Positions 55,374 to 64,000 are shown, numbered from the stretch's first letter. The stretch is 64,000 bases of DNA from Minisyncoccia bacterium (GCA_044229265.1 JBGATK010000005.1:14963-78962), one strand, 5' to 3'. A program made the numbers and translations. The notes: a model not told the origin generated them from the sequence alone.

Positions 55374-55642
55374 ATTTTTATTTTAACAAAACCATCTTTT
55401 ACTATCTTCTCTATGTAATCATGTCTTTTAAATTTTTTCAACCTTTTCTCAATATATCTTACCTCACTCAATGTTTCAAATTTTTGTGAAAAAACTAATT
55501 TTAATTTTCCCATCTTACTGGTTGAAGGTGTATAACCTCCATTATGATGCCTAATTCTTTCATCTATATCAGTAGTGCTACCTATATAGTAATTCCCCTT
55601 TTCACTTTGTAATATATATACGTATGGCATATATTTTAACAC
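55364..55642 (-). CDS. Small GIY-YIG nuclease family protein (paralog of 42789..43049)
   Basis: MPYVYILQSEKGNYYIGSTTDIDERIRHH..., ending in KDGFVKIKMPG. The last three codons and stop overlap nt 1-10 of the tRNA. An alternative start at 55630 gives MPYVYIL, as in the paralog. Confidence 0.8.
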   Translation of the reverse strand: MLKYMPYVYILQSEKGNYYIGSTTDIDERIRHHNGGYTPSTSKMGKLKLVFSQKFETLSEVRYIEKRLKKFKRHDYIEKIVKDGFVKIKMPG

Positions 55643-55644
55643 TG

Positions 55645-55698
55645 AGCCCCGACGCTTTCGGTCGGGATCCCGACTTTACGTCGGGGCTACCCCGGCAT
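55645..55698. repeat. CCCCGAC-family nested palindrome (copy C) plus a 13-bp duplicate of the tRNA 5' end
   Basis: AGCCCCGAC-GCTTTCG-GTCGGGA|TCCCGAC-TTTAC-GTCGGGGCT, then GCTACCCCGGCAT (55686-55698), which is identical to 55363-55375 at the tRNA 5' end. Confidence 0.6.
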
Positions 55699-55712
55699 AT
55701 ATGAATAATAGA

Positions 55713-55958
55713 TTAAGGCACTAAATCTTTTAATTTTTGAAAAGATGAATTGGTTTCTTTTACTGTGTTTTGCAATTGCTCTACAAAAGGTTGTAGAAAA
55801 TAAAAAGTACCAACTGAAACACCTACAATCAAAATCCAATAAAAAATCTTAAAAAATAGGTTCCATTTTTGGATGCCTCTTACTTTTTTAAGCATTTCAT
55901 TGTTCTCTTTTACTAATGCTAAAGTTTCCTCTAGCATTTGCTTTTCTTCTGTATCCAC
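55713..55958 (-). CDS. Small membrane protein, unknown function
   Basis: 81 aa with an N-terminal coiled/charged region and one hydrophobic helix. Confidence 0.35.
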   Translation of the reverse strand: MDTEEKQMLEETLALVKENNEMLKKVRGIQKWNLFFKIFYWILIVGVSVGTFYFLQPFVEQLQNTVKETNSSFQKLKDLVP

Positions 55959-55982
55959 TCAAATATATTATCATAAAGAATT

Positions 55983-56013
55983 AAAAAAGCCAACTTGGGT
56001 ATTTGGCTTTTTT
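55983..56013. terminator. Bidirectional hairpin terminator
   Basis: AGCCAA-CTTGGGTAT-TTGGCT flanked by AAAAA and TTTTT. Confidence 0.45.
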
Positions 56014-56053
56014 ATGTTAAATTATATAAGGTTTTTTATTGTTTCGCCCTCAT

Positions 56054-56095
56054 AGCCCCGACGTAAAGTCGGGGAGCCGACAAGTATCGTCGGCT
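56054..56095. repeat. CCCCGAC-family double hairpin (copy B), solo copy upstream of tRNA-Arg
   Basis: AGCCCCGAC-GTAAA-GTCGGGG followed by AGCCGAC-AAGTATC-GTCGGCT. Same architecture as copy A. It ends 15 bp before the tRNA 5' end. Confidence 0.6.
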
Positions 56096-56110
56096 TTCAA
56101 TAGACAAAGC

Positions 56111-56182
56111 GTCCTTGTAGTTAAATGGATATAACTTCCCCGTCCTAAGGGGACATTGCAGGTCCGATTCCTGCCAAGGACA
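56111..56182 (+). tRNA. tRNA-Arg (anticodon CCT)
   Basis: Acceptor GTCCTTG/CAAGGAC, D-arm GTTA-AATGGATA-TAAC, anticodon stem TCCCC/GGGGA, loop GTCCTAA, T-arm GCAGG-TCCGATT-CCTGC (C at position 55). No CCA encoded. Confidence 0.7.
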
Positions 56183-56185
56183 CAA

Positions 56186-56419
56186 TTAGACTCCCAAAAG
56201 ACTCGATATTTTTTGTTTATCAAAACCTACGATTAAATCATTCTCTATAAGTATAACTGGCACGCCTAACTGGCCGGATTTTTCTACCATTTCTTTGCGT
56301 TTATCCATATCACTCGCTACATCGTGCTCGGTATAAGCTACATTGTTTTCTTTAAAGAACTCTTTCGCCATTTGGCAAAAATGACAACTAGGTGTGGAAT
56401 ATATTGTTACGTTTTTCAT
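56186..56419 (-). CDS. Glutaredoxin/NrdH-like thiol-disulfide protein
   Basis: 77 aa with CHFC active site and a thioredoxin fold (TIYSTPSCHFCQMAKEF). Confidence 0.75.
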   Translation of the reverse strand: MKNVTIYSTPSCHFCQMAKEFFKENNVAYTEHDVASDMDKRKEMVEKSGQLGVPVILIENDLIVGFDKQKISSLLGV

Positions 56420-56481
56420 AAATTTTTATCTGCCCAAGGCAGTAATTAATTCTTAATAATACTATTATATCATATTTACCC

Positions 56482-56853
56482 TTACTTGAACCAGTTTTTT
56501 ATTTTTGTAATAAAGTTCTCTTTTTCTTGTGTAATTGGCACAAAGTTTGGATCTTCTACTACTACTATGAGCTGTTCACCCTCTTTTACAAGCCCATATT
56601 TTTCACGAATACTAGCTTCAATGCCTTTTTCGTTACTCAACTTTTCTATATCCGATTTTAATTTAAGTTCATTTTCTTTTAATTCTAAAACTCGATTTTC
56701 AGCAATGTCTAATTTTTTTTGAGTTTCATTCCTTTTTTCCCAAAAATTAAGCATATTCCAAAAGAAAAACATAAGTAATACAAAAAATAAAATTAAAGCC
56801 GGCTTGGATTCTAGTATTTTTACAAAACTTGGTTTTTCTTGAAAATTCTTCAT
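56482..56853 (-). CDS. FtsB/DivIC-like septum formation initiator
   Basis: N-terminal TM helix followed by a coiled coil (LELKENELKLKSDIEKLSNEKG). Confidence 0.45.
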   Translation of the reverse strand: MKNFQEKPSFVKILESKPALILFFVLLMFFFWNMLNFWEKRNETQKKLDIAENRVLELKENELKLKSDIEKLSNEKGIEASIREKYGLVKEGEQLIVVVEDPNFVPITQEKENFITKIKNWFK

Positions 56854-56985
56854 ATTTTTGTTATTATAATTATATGCTTTTTAATAGAAAACATCAAAAA
56901 AAGGTTCAATTTATATTTGCCACCATAAGCTTACTCGTAATTGTGAGTATGATTTTGCTTTATTTCCCTTCCCTTTGGAGATAAA

Positions 56986-58809
56986 TTATTTATCACTACC
57001 TCGAATCATTTTCAAGAAAACTTCCTGAGGGATGTTTATTTTTCCCATACCTCTTTCTTTCATTCGGGCTTTGCCTCTTTTTTGTTTTTCAAGTAATTTT
57101 TTCTTACGGGAGACATCACCTCCACCCACAACTTTGGATCCATGCATAAGAACGTCTTTACGAAAAGATGACACTGATTCCGAAGCTATAATGCGCCCCA
57201 ATGCCTTGGCTTGAATTTTGAAAGCAAATTGTTGGCGTGGCATAACTTTTTGCAAATTCTCAACCTGAGTGCGAGCTTCTTCTTCGAGTCTTCGACGAGA
57301 TACCACTCTGCAAAAAGCTGCCACAGGCTCATCAGCTACGAGTATATCCATACGTATTACATCAGCTTCTTTATATTCAGTCATTTCATAAGATATAGAA
57401 CCATAACCAGAAGTAATGCTTTTTAGGTCATCAAAAAAATTCCGCATTAGTTCACGCAGTGGCATTTCTAATTTTATAGCACTACGATTATCTCCAAAAT
57501 TTTCAGCACCGAAAACATTTGCCTCATGATCAAACAAAAATGGCATAAGCACACTAGAATAATTTGCTGGTGCAATAATTTTAACATTTACCCAAGGTTC
57601 ATAAACTTTTATTATTTGACCATCTTCTGGAAATAAATGCGGGGAATAAACTATTTCTTCTTTATTATTTTTTAAAAGAATTTTGTATGTAATAGAAGGC
57701 ATCGTAACAACAAGATTAAGATCGAATTCTCTGCGCAAACGCTCGGTAATAATTTCAAGATGAAGCATTCCTAAAAATCCACATCTAAATCCTTTACCAA
57801 GTGTACCTGAAGATTCTTCTTCAAAAGAAAAAGCAGAGTCAGATAATCTAAGTCGCCCGAGAGCGAGTTTTAATTCTGGAAAATCATCTGCATCTTCTGG
57901 GTAAATCGAAGCCCAAACTACTGGTTTTGGATTCATATATCCCGGTAGTGGCATACTTGGTTTTCTAGCAAGAGTTATTGTATCACCCACTGAAGCCACA
58001 CCTGAACGCTTGATACCTGTTACTATATAGCCTATCTCTCCTGCAGTTATAGATCCTGTGCTATGCTCGCCTGGGGCAAAATAACCTACTTCTAATGATA
58101 TAAATTTTTCACCAGCTACAGCGAAATACAAACTATCACCTTTTTTTACAGCTCCATCAAAAACACGAACATAAACAATAACTCCTCGATGTGAATCGTA
58201 TTTAAAATCAAAAACCAAAGCTTTTGCCGTATCTGCATTTTCTAAGTGCTCACTTTTTGGCGGTGGAATTCTTTTTATGATTTCCGAAAGTAAATTTTCT
58301 ACACCAAAACCTGTTTTACCGGAAACTTCCATAATAGAATCAGGGTCGATATCAAGCAAAATAGCTACTTCCATTTTTACTTCATCAATACGCGCTAGTG
58401 GTGAATCGACTTTTGAAAGAACAGGAATAATAACCAGGCCCGATTCACGTGCTAATTCAAGAGTAGTCAAAGTCTGGGCCTGCACACCCTGAGTAGAATC
58501 TACGAGAAGTATTGAACCTTCTACCGCTTTTAGTGCCCGTGAGACTTCATAAGAGAAGTCTATATGCCCCGGAGTATCTATCAAATTCATTTGATAGTCT
58601 TTATCTTCATAATTAAAATTCATGCGCACTGGTTGCATTTTGATAGTAATACCTCGCTCACGCTCTAGATCCATAGAGTCTAATACTTGCTCGCGCATTT
58701 TACGCGCCTCAATAGTGTGGGTTATTTCGAGCATTCGATCAGCTAATGTGGATTTACCATGATCAATGTGTGCAATAATTGAAAAATTTCGAATATTTTC
58801 TAATTTCAT
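56986..58809 (-). CDS. lepA: Elongation factor 4 (LepA)
   Basis: IRNFSIIAHIDHGKSTLADR G1 motif plus the LepA-specific C-terminal domain. 607 aa. Confidence 0.95.
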   Translation of the reverse strand: MKLENIRNFSIIAHIDHGKSTLADRMLEITHTIEARKMREQVLDSMDLERERGITIKMQPVRMNFNYEDKDYQMNLIDTPGHIDFSYEVSRALKAVEGSILLVDSTQGVQAQTLTTLELARESGLVIIPVLSKVDSPLARIDEVKMEVAILLDIDPDSIMEVSGKTGFGVENLLSEIIKRIPPPKSEHLENADTAKALVFDFKYDSHRGVIVYVRVFDGAVKKGDSLYFAVAGEKFISLEVGYFAPGEHSTGSITAGEIGYIVTGIKRSGVASVGDTITLARKPSMPLPGYMNPKPVVWASIYPEDADDFPELKLALGRLRLSDSAFSFEEESSGTLGKGFRCGFLGMLHLEIITERLRREFDLNLVVTMPSITYKILLKNNKEEIVYSPHLFPEDGQIIKVYEPWVNVKIIAPANYSSVLMPFLFDHEANVFGAENFGDNRSAIKLEMPLRELMRNFFDDLKSITSGYGSISYEMTEYKEADVIRMDILVADEPVAAFCRVVSRRRLEEEARTQVENLQKVMPRQQFAFKIQAKALGRIIASESVSSFRKDVLMHGSKVVGGGDVSRKKKLLEKQKRGKARMKERGMGKINIPQEVFLKMIRGSDK

Positions 58810-58875
58810 AAATATTTCTACATACTAACAGAAAAAGGAGAAAAATGAAATAAATAAAAATTGAAAGGCATATTT

Positions 58876-60555
58876 TTAGACAGTATCTTCGCTTGGAGGC
58901 AATACTCCATTTCGCCAGAATTTAGTTTTAAAAGTTTTAAGTAATTCTAAAAATTCTTCATTTTTCAAAAAAAATAAAATTACAGCACAAGTAATTATAC
59001 CTATAATTCCTGACAAAAAGCCTTGCAAGAATATTCCAAAAAAAGTATTCAAATTAAAAACCGAAGAAAATGCATTGAGTGCTAAGTACGCAGAGAATCC
59101 CAAGAAAAAAGAAGCGGACAAACTTTGGAAAAAACTTTTAAATATAAAAGGCTCCTTATGAATAAAATCTTTTTTAATATAAATCCAAAGAAAAATAAAA
59201 TTCATAATTGTGCCGAGTGAATACGCAAGTGGGAGCATTAATACTTCGGTTCCAGAAATATCTGAAACCTTAAATAAAGATTCAATAAAATACCGAAAAC
59301 CATCGAAAGTTTTAAATATATTTATAAAGATATATGCGAAAACGATTATCGATAATGAAGAAAATAAATTTATATAGAGTGGCGTCTTTGTATTACCTCC
59401 AGCATAATAAGCTCTAGCAAAAAGAGAGATAAGGCATTGAGCTACTATAGATATTGAAAACATAGCGAGTGATGCCGCCACGAGCCGTGTATTATCCCAA
59501 GAGAAACCAGATGATCCTAATATAACACGGACTATCTGAGCTCGAAGCACAATAAATAAAAATGCTATCGGCAAAGACCAGAAAATGATCTGCCTAGAAG
59601 CTCCAATCAAATTATTTTTAAATTCAGCTAAATTGCCATCTTTATACGAACGAGAAAGCGATGGAAAAGCTGCTGCTGCATAGGAAATACCAATAACTCC
59701 AAGTGGCACGGATTGAATATTAATAGAAAAGGTAAAAATCGAAATTGAGCCACTTTGCAAAAAAGAAGCAAAAGAAACAATTACAATAAGAGCTATATTA
59801 TTAAGTGAAAGTCCGAGAGTCCGAGGAAGCGATACTATTATAACACTACGCACTTGCTCCCAATTTATTTTTGTCCTAATTTTAAAAGTAAAATGTGCAA
59901 ATTTAACTGAGAAAAACTGTATACAGAAATGCATAATAGCACCTAAAACTACGCCGATAGCAACTCCATAAATACCCCATAAAGGGTATAAAAATACTAC
60001 ACCTATGATTATACCTAGATTATAAAATATTGGACTAAGTGCATAAATAAAAAATCTCTTGAACATTTGAGTTAATGTTCCAAGTAAATTTGAAAGTCCG
60101 AGGAGTATTGGAGAGAGAAGCATTATACGAGAAAGTTCTACAACTTTATCTTGCATTTCAATTTCAAAACCAGGAACTAAAACTTTAACAATAATTGGCA
60201 TTAAGAAAAAAATAATTACAGAAACCCCGACTAAACCATACAAAAAAGCTGAGAAAATATTCTGCAAAAATGATTCTGCTTCACTGCTTAATTCATTGCC
60301 CTTCATTCTATTTAACAGAAATGGTATGAGGACTGTAATTGAAGCAAGAGATGCTATAGAAATAAAAACAAAATCAGGCACACGGAAAGCTGCATAATAA
60401 GTGTCGAGTGCAATAGAAGGCCCAATATAATGAGCTATTAACCTATCACGAAAAAGTCCAAGCACTTGTGAAAATAAGGTAAAAAAACCAAGCAGGAGCG
60501 CTGCTTGGTTTAAATTACCATATTCTTTGCCGAAAAATTTAAAAATTCGCTCCAT
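58876..60555 (-). CDS. murJ: Lipid II flippase MurJ/MviN
   Basis: 14-TM MOP-superfamily protein with a MurJ N-terminus (LGLFRDRLIAHYIGPSIALDTYYAAFRVPDF). Confidence 0.8.
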   Translation of the reverse strand: MERIFKFFGKEYGNLNQAALLLGFFTLFSQVLGLFRDRLIAHYIGPSIALDTYYAAFRVPDFVFISIASLASITVLIPFLLNRMKGNELSSEAESFLQNIFSAFLYGLVGVSVIIFFLMPIIVKVLVPGFEIEMQDKVVELSRIMLLSPILLGLSNLLGTLTQMFKRFFIYALSPIFYNLGIIIGVVFLYPLWGIYGVAIGVVLGAIMHFCIQFFSVKFAHFTFKIRTKINWEQVRSVIIVSLPRTLGLSLNNIALIVIVSFASFLQSGSISIFTFSINIQSVPLGVIGISYAAAAFPSLSRSYKDGNLAEFKNNLIGASRQIIFWSLPIAFLFIVLRAQIVRVILGSSGFSWDNTRLVAASLAMFSISIVAQCLISLFARAYYAGGNTKTPLYINLFSSLSIIVFAYIFINIFKTFDGFRYFIESLFKVSDISGTEVLMLPLAYSLGTIMNFIFLWIYIKKDFIHKEPFIFKSFFQSLSASFFLGFSAYLALNAFSSVFNLNTFFGIFLQGFLSGIIGIITCAVILFFLKNEEFLELLKTFKTKFWRNGVLPPSEDTV

Positions 60556-60560
60556 TTATA

Positions 60561-62633
60561 CTAATTGTTTTTATTATCATCTTTCTTGTCTTCTACCTCA
60601 ATTATTTTTGCTGATTTAAAACTAGCTACGTAATCTATGAGGTCTTGATTATTTGGAAGTATTCGAAGAGCTTGCTCGGCATATTTTAATGCTTCATCTC
60701 TTTGACCTTCACGCTTTGCAATTTGTGAAAGAAAAATCAAAGCATCGACATAATCCCCTTTTAGCGACAATGCTTTTGAAGCAGAAGTTTTTGCTTCTTT
60801 TAGTTTATTGTCAGATAAATATACTTGTGATTTATTTAATTCTAGGCCTGGATTTAGAGGATTGAGTGCTATTGCTTTATCTAAAGCTTTTATTGCTTCA
60901 TCTACCGCGCCTTCTACGCCAAGCGGAGCTACGGTCGAATACACAGTAGCGAGCGAACGGTGATTGATATAATTACTTGAATCATAATTCACTGCTGCTC
61001 TGCTAGCTGTTTGTGCTTTATTGAAACTATCTAGTATATCTTTTTTATCTTGTTCAGATAATTCAGATTTTGAGGCCAAAGAATTTAATTTGATTAAATA
61101 AACTTGAGAAAAAGTACGCAAATATAAATCATTTGGATAAAGTGATACAGCTTTATTGATAGAACTTTCAGCTTTTTGAATTTCCTTCGCAGAAAGAGCA
61201 TTTCTAAAATACGATACTGAAGCAAATTTTTCTACATATTTAAATGTAGCACCAGCAGAAATTACCATAAATAAGATGAGAGCCAAAATCGCAAAGAAAC
61301 TTTTTCTAGGATCTCCTAAAAAGGAAATATGAAGCTCACCTTTTTCTTTATGCATATATACCAAACCTATAGCAATGCCTAGATAAGCAAATATAAGCAA
61401 AAATATAGAATTACTTACTGAATAAAAAAGACTATAAACCAAAAGCATTGCGGAAGAAAATACAAAAAAAGGAATTTCCCATTTTATATTTTCTTTATGT
61501 GCAGAAAATAAAACTTTAAACATAAAAAATAAAAACAATCCTATGAATAAAGTCCAAGCGAGTGTTCCTAATATTCCCGTAGTAAGTGCCATAGTTGGCA
61601 ATAATCCTGAGCCTACACTAAAAGATGTATCCCAAAATTGAGTTCCATTTATATTTTGTGGCTTATATAAAGCCCAGATTTCTGTAAATTTATTTGGACC
61701 AATACCAAAAAGTGGATCTTTCGCTAGTGAAGCTTTGCTTACTGAAAAAGTCGCACCAAATGAAGGTCCTACTTCTATACTACTAATACCTAGACTATTC
61801 GGTAAATAAGAACCTATGAATTGTCCTGACATAAAAAATAACAGTGCAATCATGACTAATCCAAAAGAGTATGCCGGAAATGCAAATTTATGATTTTCTT
61901 GTTCTTTCTTGTTAAAAATAGAAACTTTGTATACGAATACAAGCAAAGCAAAAATTCCAATTACTTGCCAAGAAAGTGGAAAATTCACTGCCATGACAAA
62001 AAACAAAGACAATACTGCCATGACTGTAACAATTATTTTGCCACGCTTTTTTAAATTAAAAAATTCTAAAATCAACACAGCTCCTAAAAGAGACAATGAT
62101 GCCATGATTCCGAGAGAATTCCATGAACCAAAAATGTTATCTGTTTTTGATTCTAATGCACCGAAAGAAAATACAGATGGGGATATCATGCGTAAAATTT
62201 GAAACAAAAATACAATAGTAAAAGCAAGCATAGAACCAAACATTACTTGTTTAGCTTTACTAGCATCTTTAAATAAAATAGATGACATTAAGAGTAGTAA
62301 AAAGGCCACCAATACAAAAAGTGCTGTGCCTGTATCAAACATAACTCCGAAAAGTGAAGCCTTTATTGAGCTTGAAAAAAATGCCGATAGGAATGTAGCT
62401 ACTACTACAGCAAGGCCAGATAATAATATAGAGGCTTTAGCGACTACTATCTTACCATCAGCAAAACGTGCTCCCAAATACGCAATAATAGATACTGCGA
62501 GGCCGACAACCACCAAAAAACCTTTTCCTATTTCTACCGGTATATTGAATACTGGGAAAAAAAATAAAGGGAGTAATACTACTACAAGGAATAAAGACCA
62601 ATAAGAAATTCTATCTAAGATGTTTGACCACAT
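60561..62633 (-). CDS. O-antigen ligase/polymerase-like polytopic membrane protein with C-terminal TPR repeats
   Basis: About 12 TM helices (Wzy/O-antigen ligase-like) then ~250 aa of TPR-like repeats (ALKYAEQALRILPNN, AIALNPLNPGLELNKSQVYL). Confidence 0.6.
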   Translation of the reverse strand: MWSNILDRISYWSLFLVVVLLPLFFFPVFNIPVEIGKGFLVVVGLAVSIIAYLGARFADGKIVVAKASILLSGLAVVVATFLSAFFSSSIKASLFGVMFDTGTALFVLVAFLLLLMSSILFKDASKAKQVMFGSMLAFTIVFLFQILRMISPSVFSFGALESKTDNIFGSWNSLGIMASLSLLGAVLILEFFNLKKRGKIIVTVMAVLSLFFVMAVNFPLSWQVIGIFALLVFVYKVSIFNKKEQENHKFAFPAYSFGLVMIALLFFMSGQFIGSYLPNSLGISSIEVGPSFGATFSVSKASLAKDPLFGIGPNKFTEIWALYKPQNINGTQFWDTSFSVGSGLLPTMALTTGILGTLAWTLFIGLFLFFMFKVLFSAHKENIKWEIPFFVFSSAMLLVYSLFYSVSNSIFLLIFAYLGIAIGLVYMHKEKGELHISFLGDPRKSFFAILALILFMVISAGATFKYVEKFASVSYFRNALSAKEIQKAESSINKAVSLYPNDLYLRTFSQVYLIKLNSLASKSELSEQDKKDILDSFNKAQTASRAAVNYDSSNYINHRSLATVYSTVAPLGVEGAVDEAIKALDKAIALNPLNPGLELNKSQVYLSDNKLKEAKTSASKALSLKGDYVDALIFLSQIAKREGQRDEALKYAEQALRILPNNQDLIDYVASFKSAKIIEVEDKKDDNKNN

Positions 62634-62711
62634 ATTTTATTTAAATTAATTAATATTAAAATTACATTACGCCTGATAACTTGTTCAATTATACTATAAA
62701 AACTAAGGATT

Positions 62712-64000
62712 TTAAATTACGATGTTAATAAGTCTGCCTTTTACATATATTACCTTTTTTATTTCTTGATCACTAAAGTATTTTTTAGCTTGCTCATTTT
62801 CTAGTGCTTTATTTTTTATTTCATCTTCACTCTCATCTGCTCCTACTAAAATTTCTCCTCTTACCTTTCCATTTACCTGAATAATAATTTTCACCTCTTC
62901 ATCTACTATCATACCCTCATCATACTTTGGCCAAGAAGATATGTGTATAGAATTTTCTTCTCCGAAACTATGCCAAAGTTCTTCGGCAACATGTGGCGCA
63001 AAAGGTGCGAGAATTTGTAAGAATTTTTTGAAATCTTCACTTGATATTTCTTCTATCTTTACTTCATTCATAAAAATCATCAGAGTAGATACTGCTGTAT
63101 TGAATTTAAAATTCTCTATATCTTCTGACACTTTCTTGATAGTTTTATGTAGAATTTTTTGCGAAGCAAAGTGTTCTTTATTTTCTATGGTGTGGGTCCC
63201 ACCCGGTACTCCGGGAAGGGTTAAGCCATGAAAATCAAGAACATTTTGTGCAGCCTTCCAAACTCTCTCTAAAAATCTATAAGTCCCCACCATGCCGTCC
63301 TCATTAAAAGGCACAGTATTTTCAAAAGGGCCAATAAACATTGTGTACAGACGAAATGCATCCGCGCCGAAACGCTCTACCATATCGTCTGGATTTATGA
63401 CATTGCCCCACCTTTTACTCATCTTCCTGCCATCTGGTGCAAGTATAAAACCGAGGAATTCAAGCCTTGGGAATGGCTCTTCTGTACTCACTACACCTAT
63501 ATCAAAAAGAAATTTATGCCAAAAGCGGGCATAAATGAGGTGCCTTGTAGCGTGATCGCCTCCTACATAAACATCCACAGGCATAAAAGCTTTTTCTTTA
63601 CCTAAATCCACGCAAGATAAATCATTTTTTGGATCAATGTATCTCAAATAATACCAAGAACTTCCTGCCCATTGTGGCATAGTATTCGTCTCACGTTTTG
63701 CATCACCGGCACACTTTGGACATTTTGTATTTACCCAATCAATGATATTTGCTAGCGGACTCTCGCCTGTACCAGAGGGCTCATAATTTTCTACTTCAGG
63801 AAGTTTGATCGGCAAATCTTTTATATCTACCGGTATAACTCCGCAACTATCGCAATGCACCATGGGTATCGGCTCACCCCAATACCTCTGACGAGAAAAT
63901 ACCCAATCTTTAATTTTATAATTTATTACTTTTTTACCATTTACTTTTTTTATTATTTCTTCTGTATCAACAAAATCTTTTTCTACTATTGGAATATTAT
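62712..64000 (-). CDS. leuS: Leucyl-tRNA synthetase, C-terminal part; 5' end lies beyond window
   Basis: KMSKRWGNVINP (KMSKS) and zinc knuckle CPKCAGDAK. The reading frame stays open upstream of the ORF-track ATG (…FSRQRYWGEPIPMVHCDSCGV…) to position 64000 with no stop. Confidence 0.85.
   Translation of the reverse strand, partial: NIPIVEKDFVDTEEIIKKVNGKKVINYKIKDWVFSRQRYWGEPIPMVHCDSCGVIPVDIKDLPIKLPEVENYEPSGTGESPLANIIDWVNTKCPKCAGDAKRETNTMPQWAGSSWYYLRYIDPKNDLSCVDLGKEKAFMPVDVYVGGDHATRHLIYARFWHKFLFDIGVVSTEEPFPRLEFLGFILAPDGRKMSKRWGNVINPDDMVERFGADAFRLYTMFIGPFENTVPFNEDGMVGTYRFLERVWKAAQNVLDFHGLTLPGVPGGTHTIENKEHFASQKILHKTIKKVSEDIENFKFNTAVSTLMIFMNEVKIEEISSEDFKKFLQILAPFAPHVAEELWHSFGEENSIHISSWPKYDEGMIVDEEVKIIIQVNGKVRGEILVGADESEDEIKNKALENEQAKKYFSDQEIKKVIYVKGRLINIVI

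Noticed and set aside
55298-55489. 63-aa plus-strand ORF
   Set aside because: Overlaps the minus-strand tRNA-Phe-like gene and the GIY-YIG gene. The product is hydrophobic junk.
55873-56055. 60-aa plus-strand ORF upstream of repeat B
   Set aside because: Overlaps the start of the minus-strand gene 55713..55958 and runs through the bidirectional terminator hairpin. Considered as a GIY-YIG remnant but shows no GIY-YIG motifs.
1-64000. CRISPR arrays, rRNA genes, integrase/transposase genes, reverse transcriptase/DGR
   Set aside because: Scanned for direct repeat-spacer periodicity, rRNA-like conserved blocks and recombinase motifs, and found none. The only dispersed repeats are the CCCCGAC palindromes.

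Overview
The window is AT-rich (low GC by eye) and reads as a streamlined bacterial chromosome segment, dominated by conserved housekeeping genes on both strands. The gene content suggests a reduced genome (inference): aaRS genes are unusually short, DnaJ is compact, only one Mur ligase sits in the dcw cluster, and RpoA carries an acidic insertion. This would fit a Candidate Phyla Radiation / Patescibacteria-like lineage.

Housekeeping blocks:
- A partial ddl, an M24 peptidase, metK and an arginase-family gene.
- dnaJ, grpE and a VirD4/TraD-like P-loop ATPase.
- The ribosomal/RNAP block infA-rpmJ-rpsM-rpsK-rpsD-rpoA-rplQ followed by rplM-rpsI. rpmJ is missing from the ORF track.
- alaS, gatB, obg, fba and lysS-greA.
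- A split dcw cluster: mraZ-rsmH-ftsL-ftsI-murF on the minus strand, ftsA-ftsZ on the plus strand.
- trxB, gdhA, tsaD, valS, panD, lepA, murJ and a leuS that runs off the window end.

Five tRNAs were found by eye: Glu(CTC), Glu(TTC), Val(GAC), a Phe(GAA)-like tRNA and Arg(CCT).

The most unusual signals:
1. A GC-rich palindromic repeat family built on CCCCGAC/GTCGGGG. Two instances sit beside paralogous ~90-aa GIY-YIG nuclease genes, and each of those genes abuts the 5' end of a tRNA gene. One copy is flanked by a 13-bp direct duplication of that tRNA's 5' end, and a solo repeat sits upstream of tRNA-Arg. Together this is a candidate tRNA-flank-targeting GIY-YIG mini-cassette.
2. A 1724-aa NHL-repeat (beta-propeller) surface protein with diverged internal DNA repeats, paired with a secreted vWA-domain protein.
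3. A GC-rich nested palindrome inserted in frame in gatB.
4. A standalone EF-Tu domain-II-like small protein.
5. An MraZ-box array overlapping a promoter-like element upstream of mraZ.

No CRISPR array, rRNA or integrase/transposase gene is visible.
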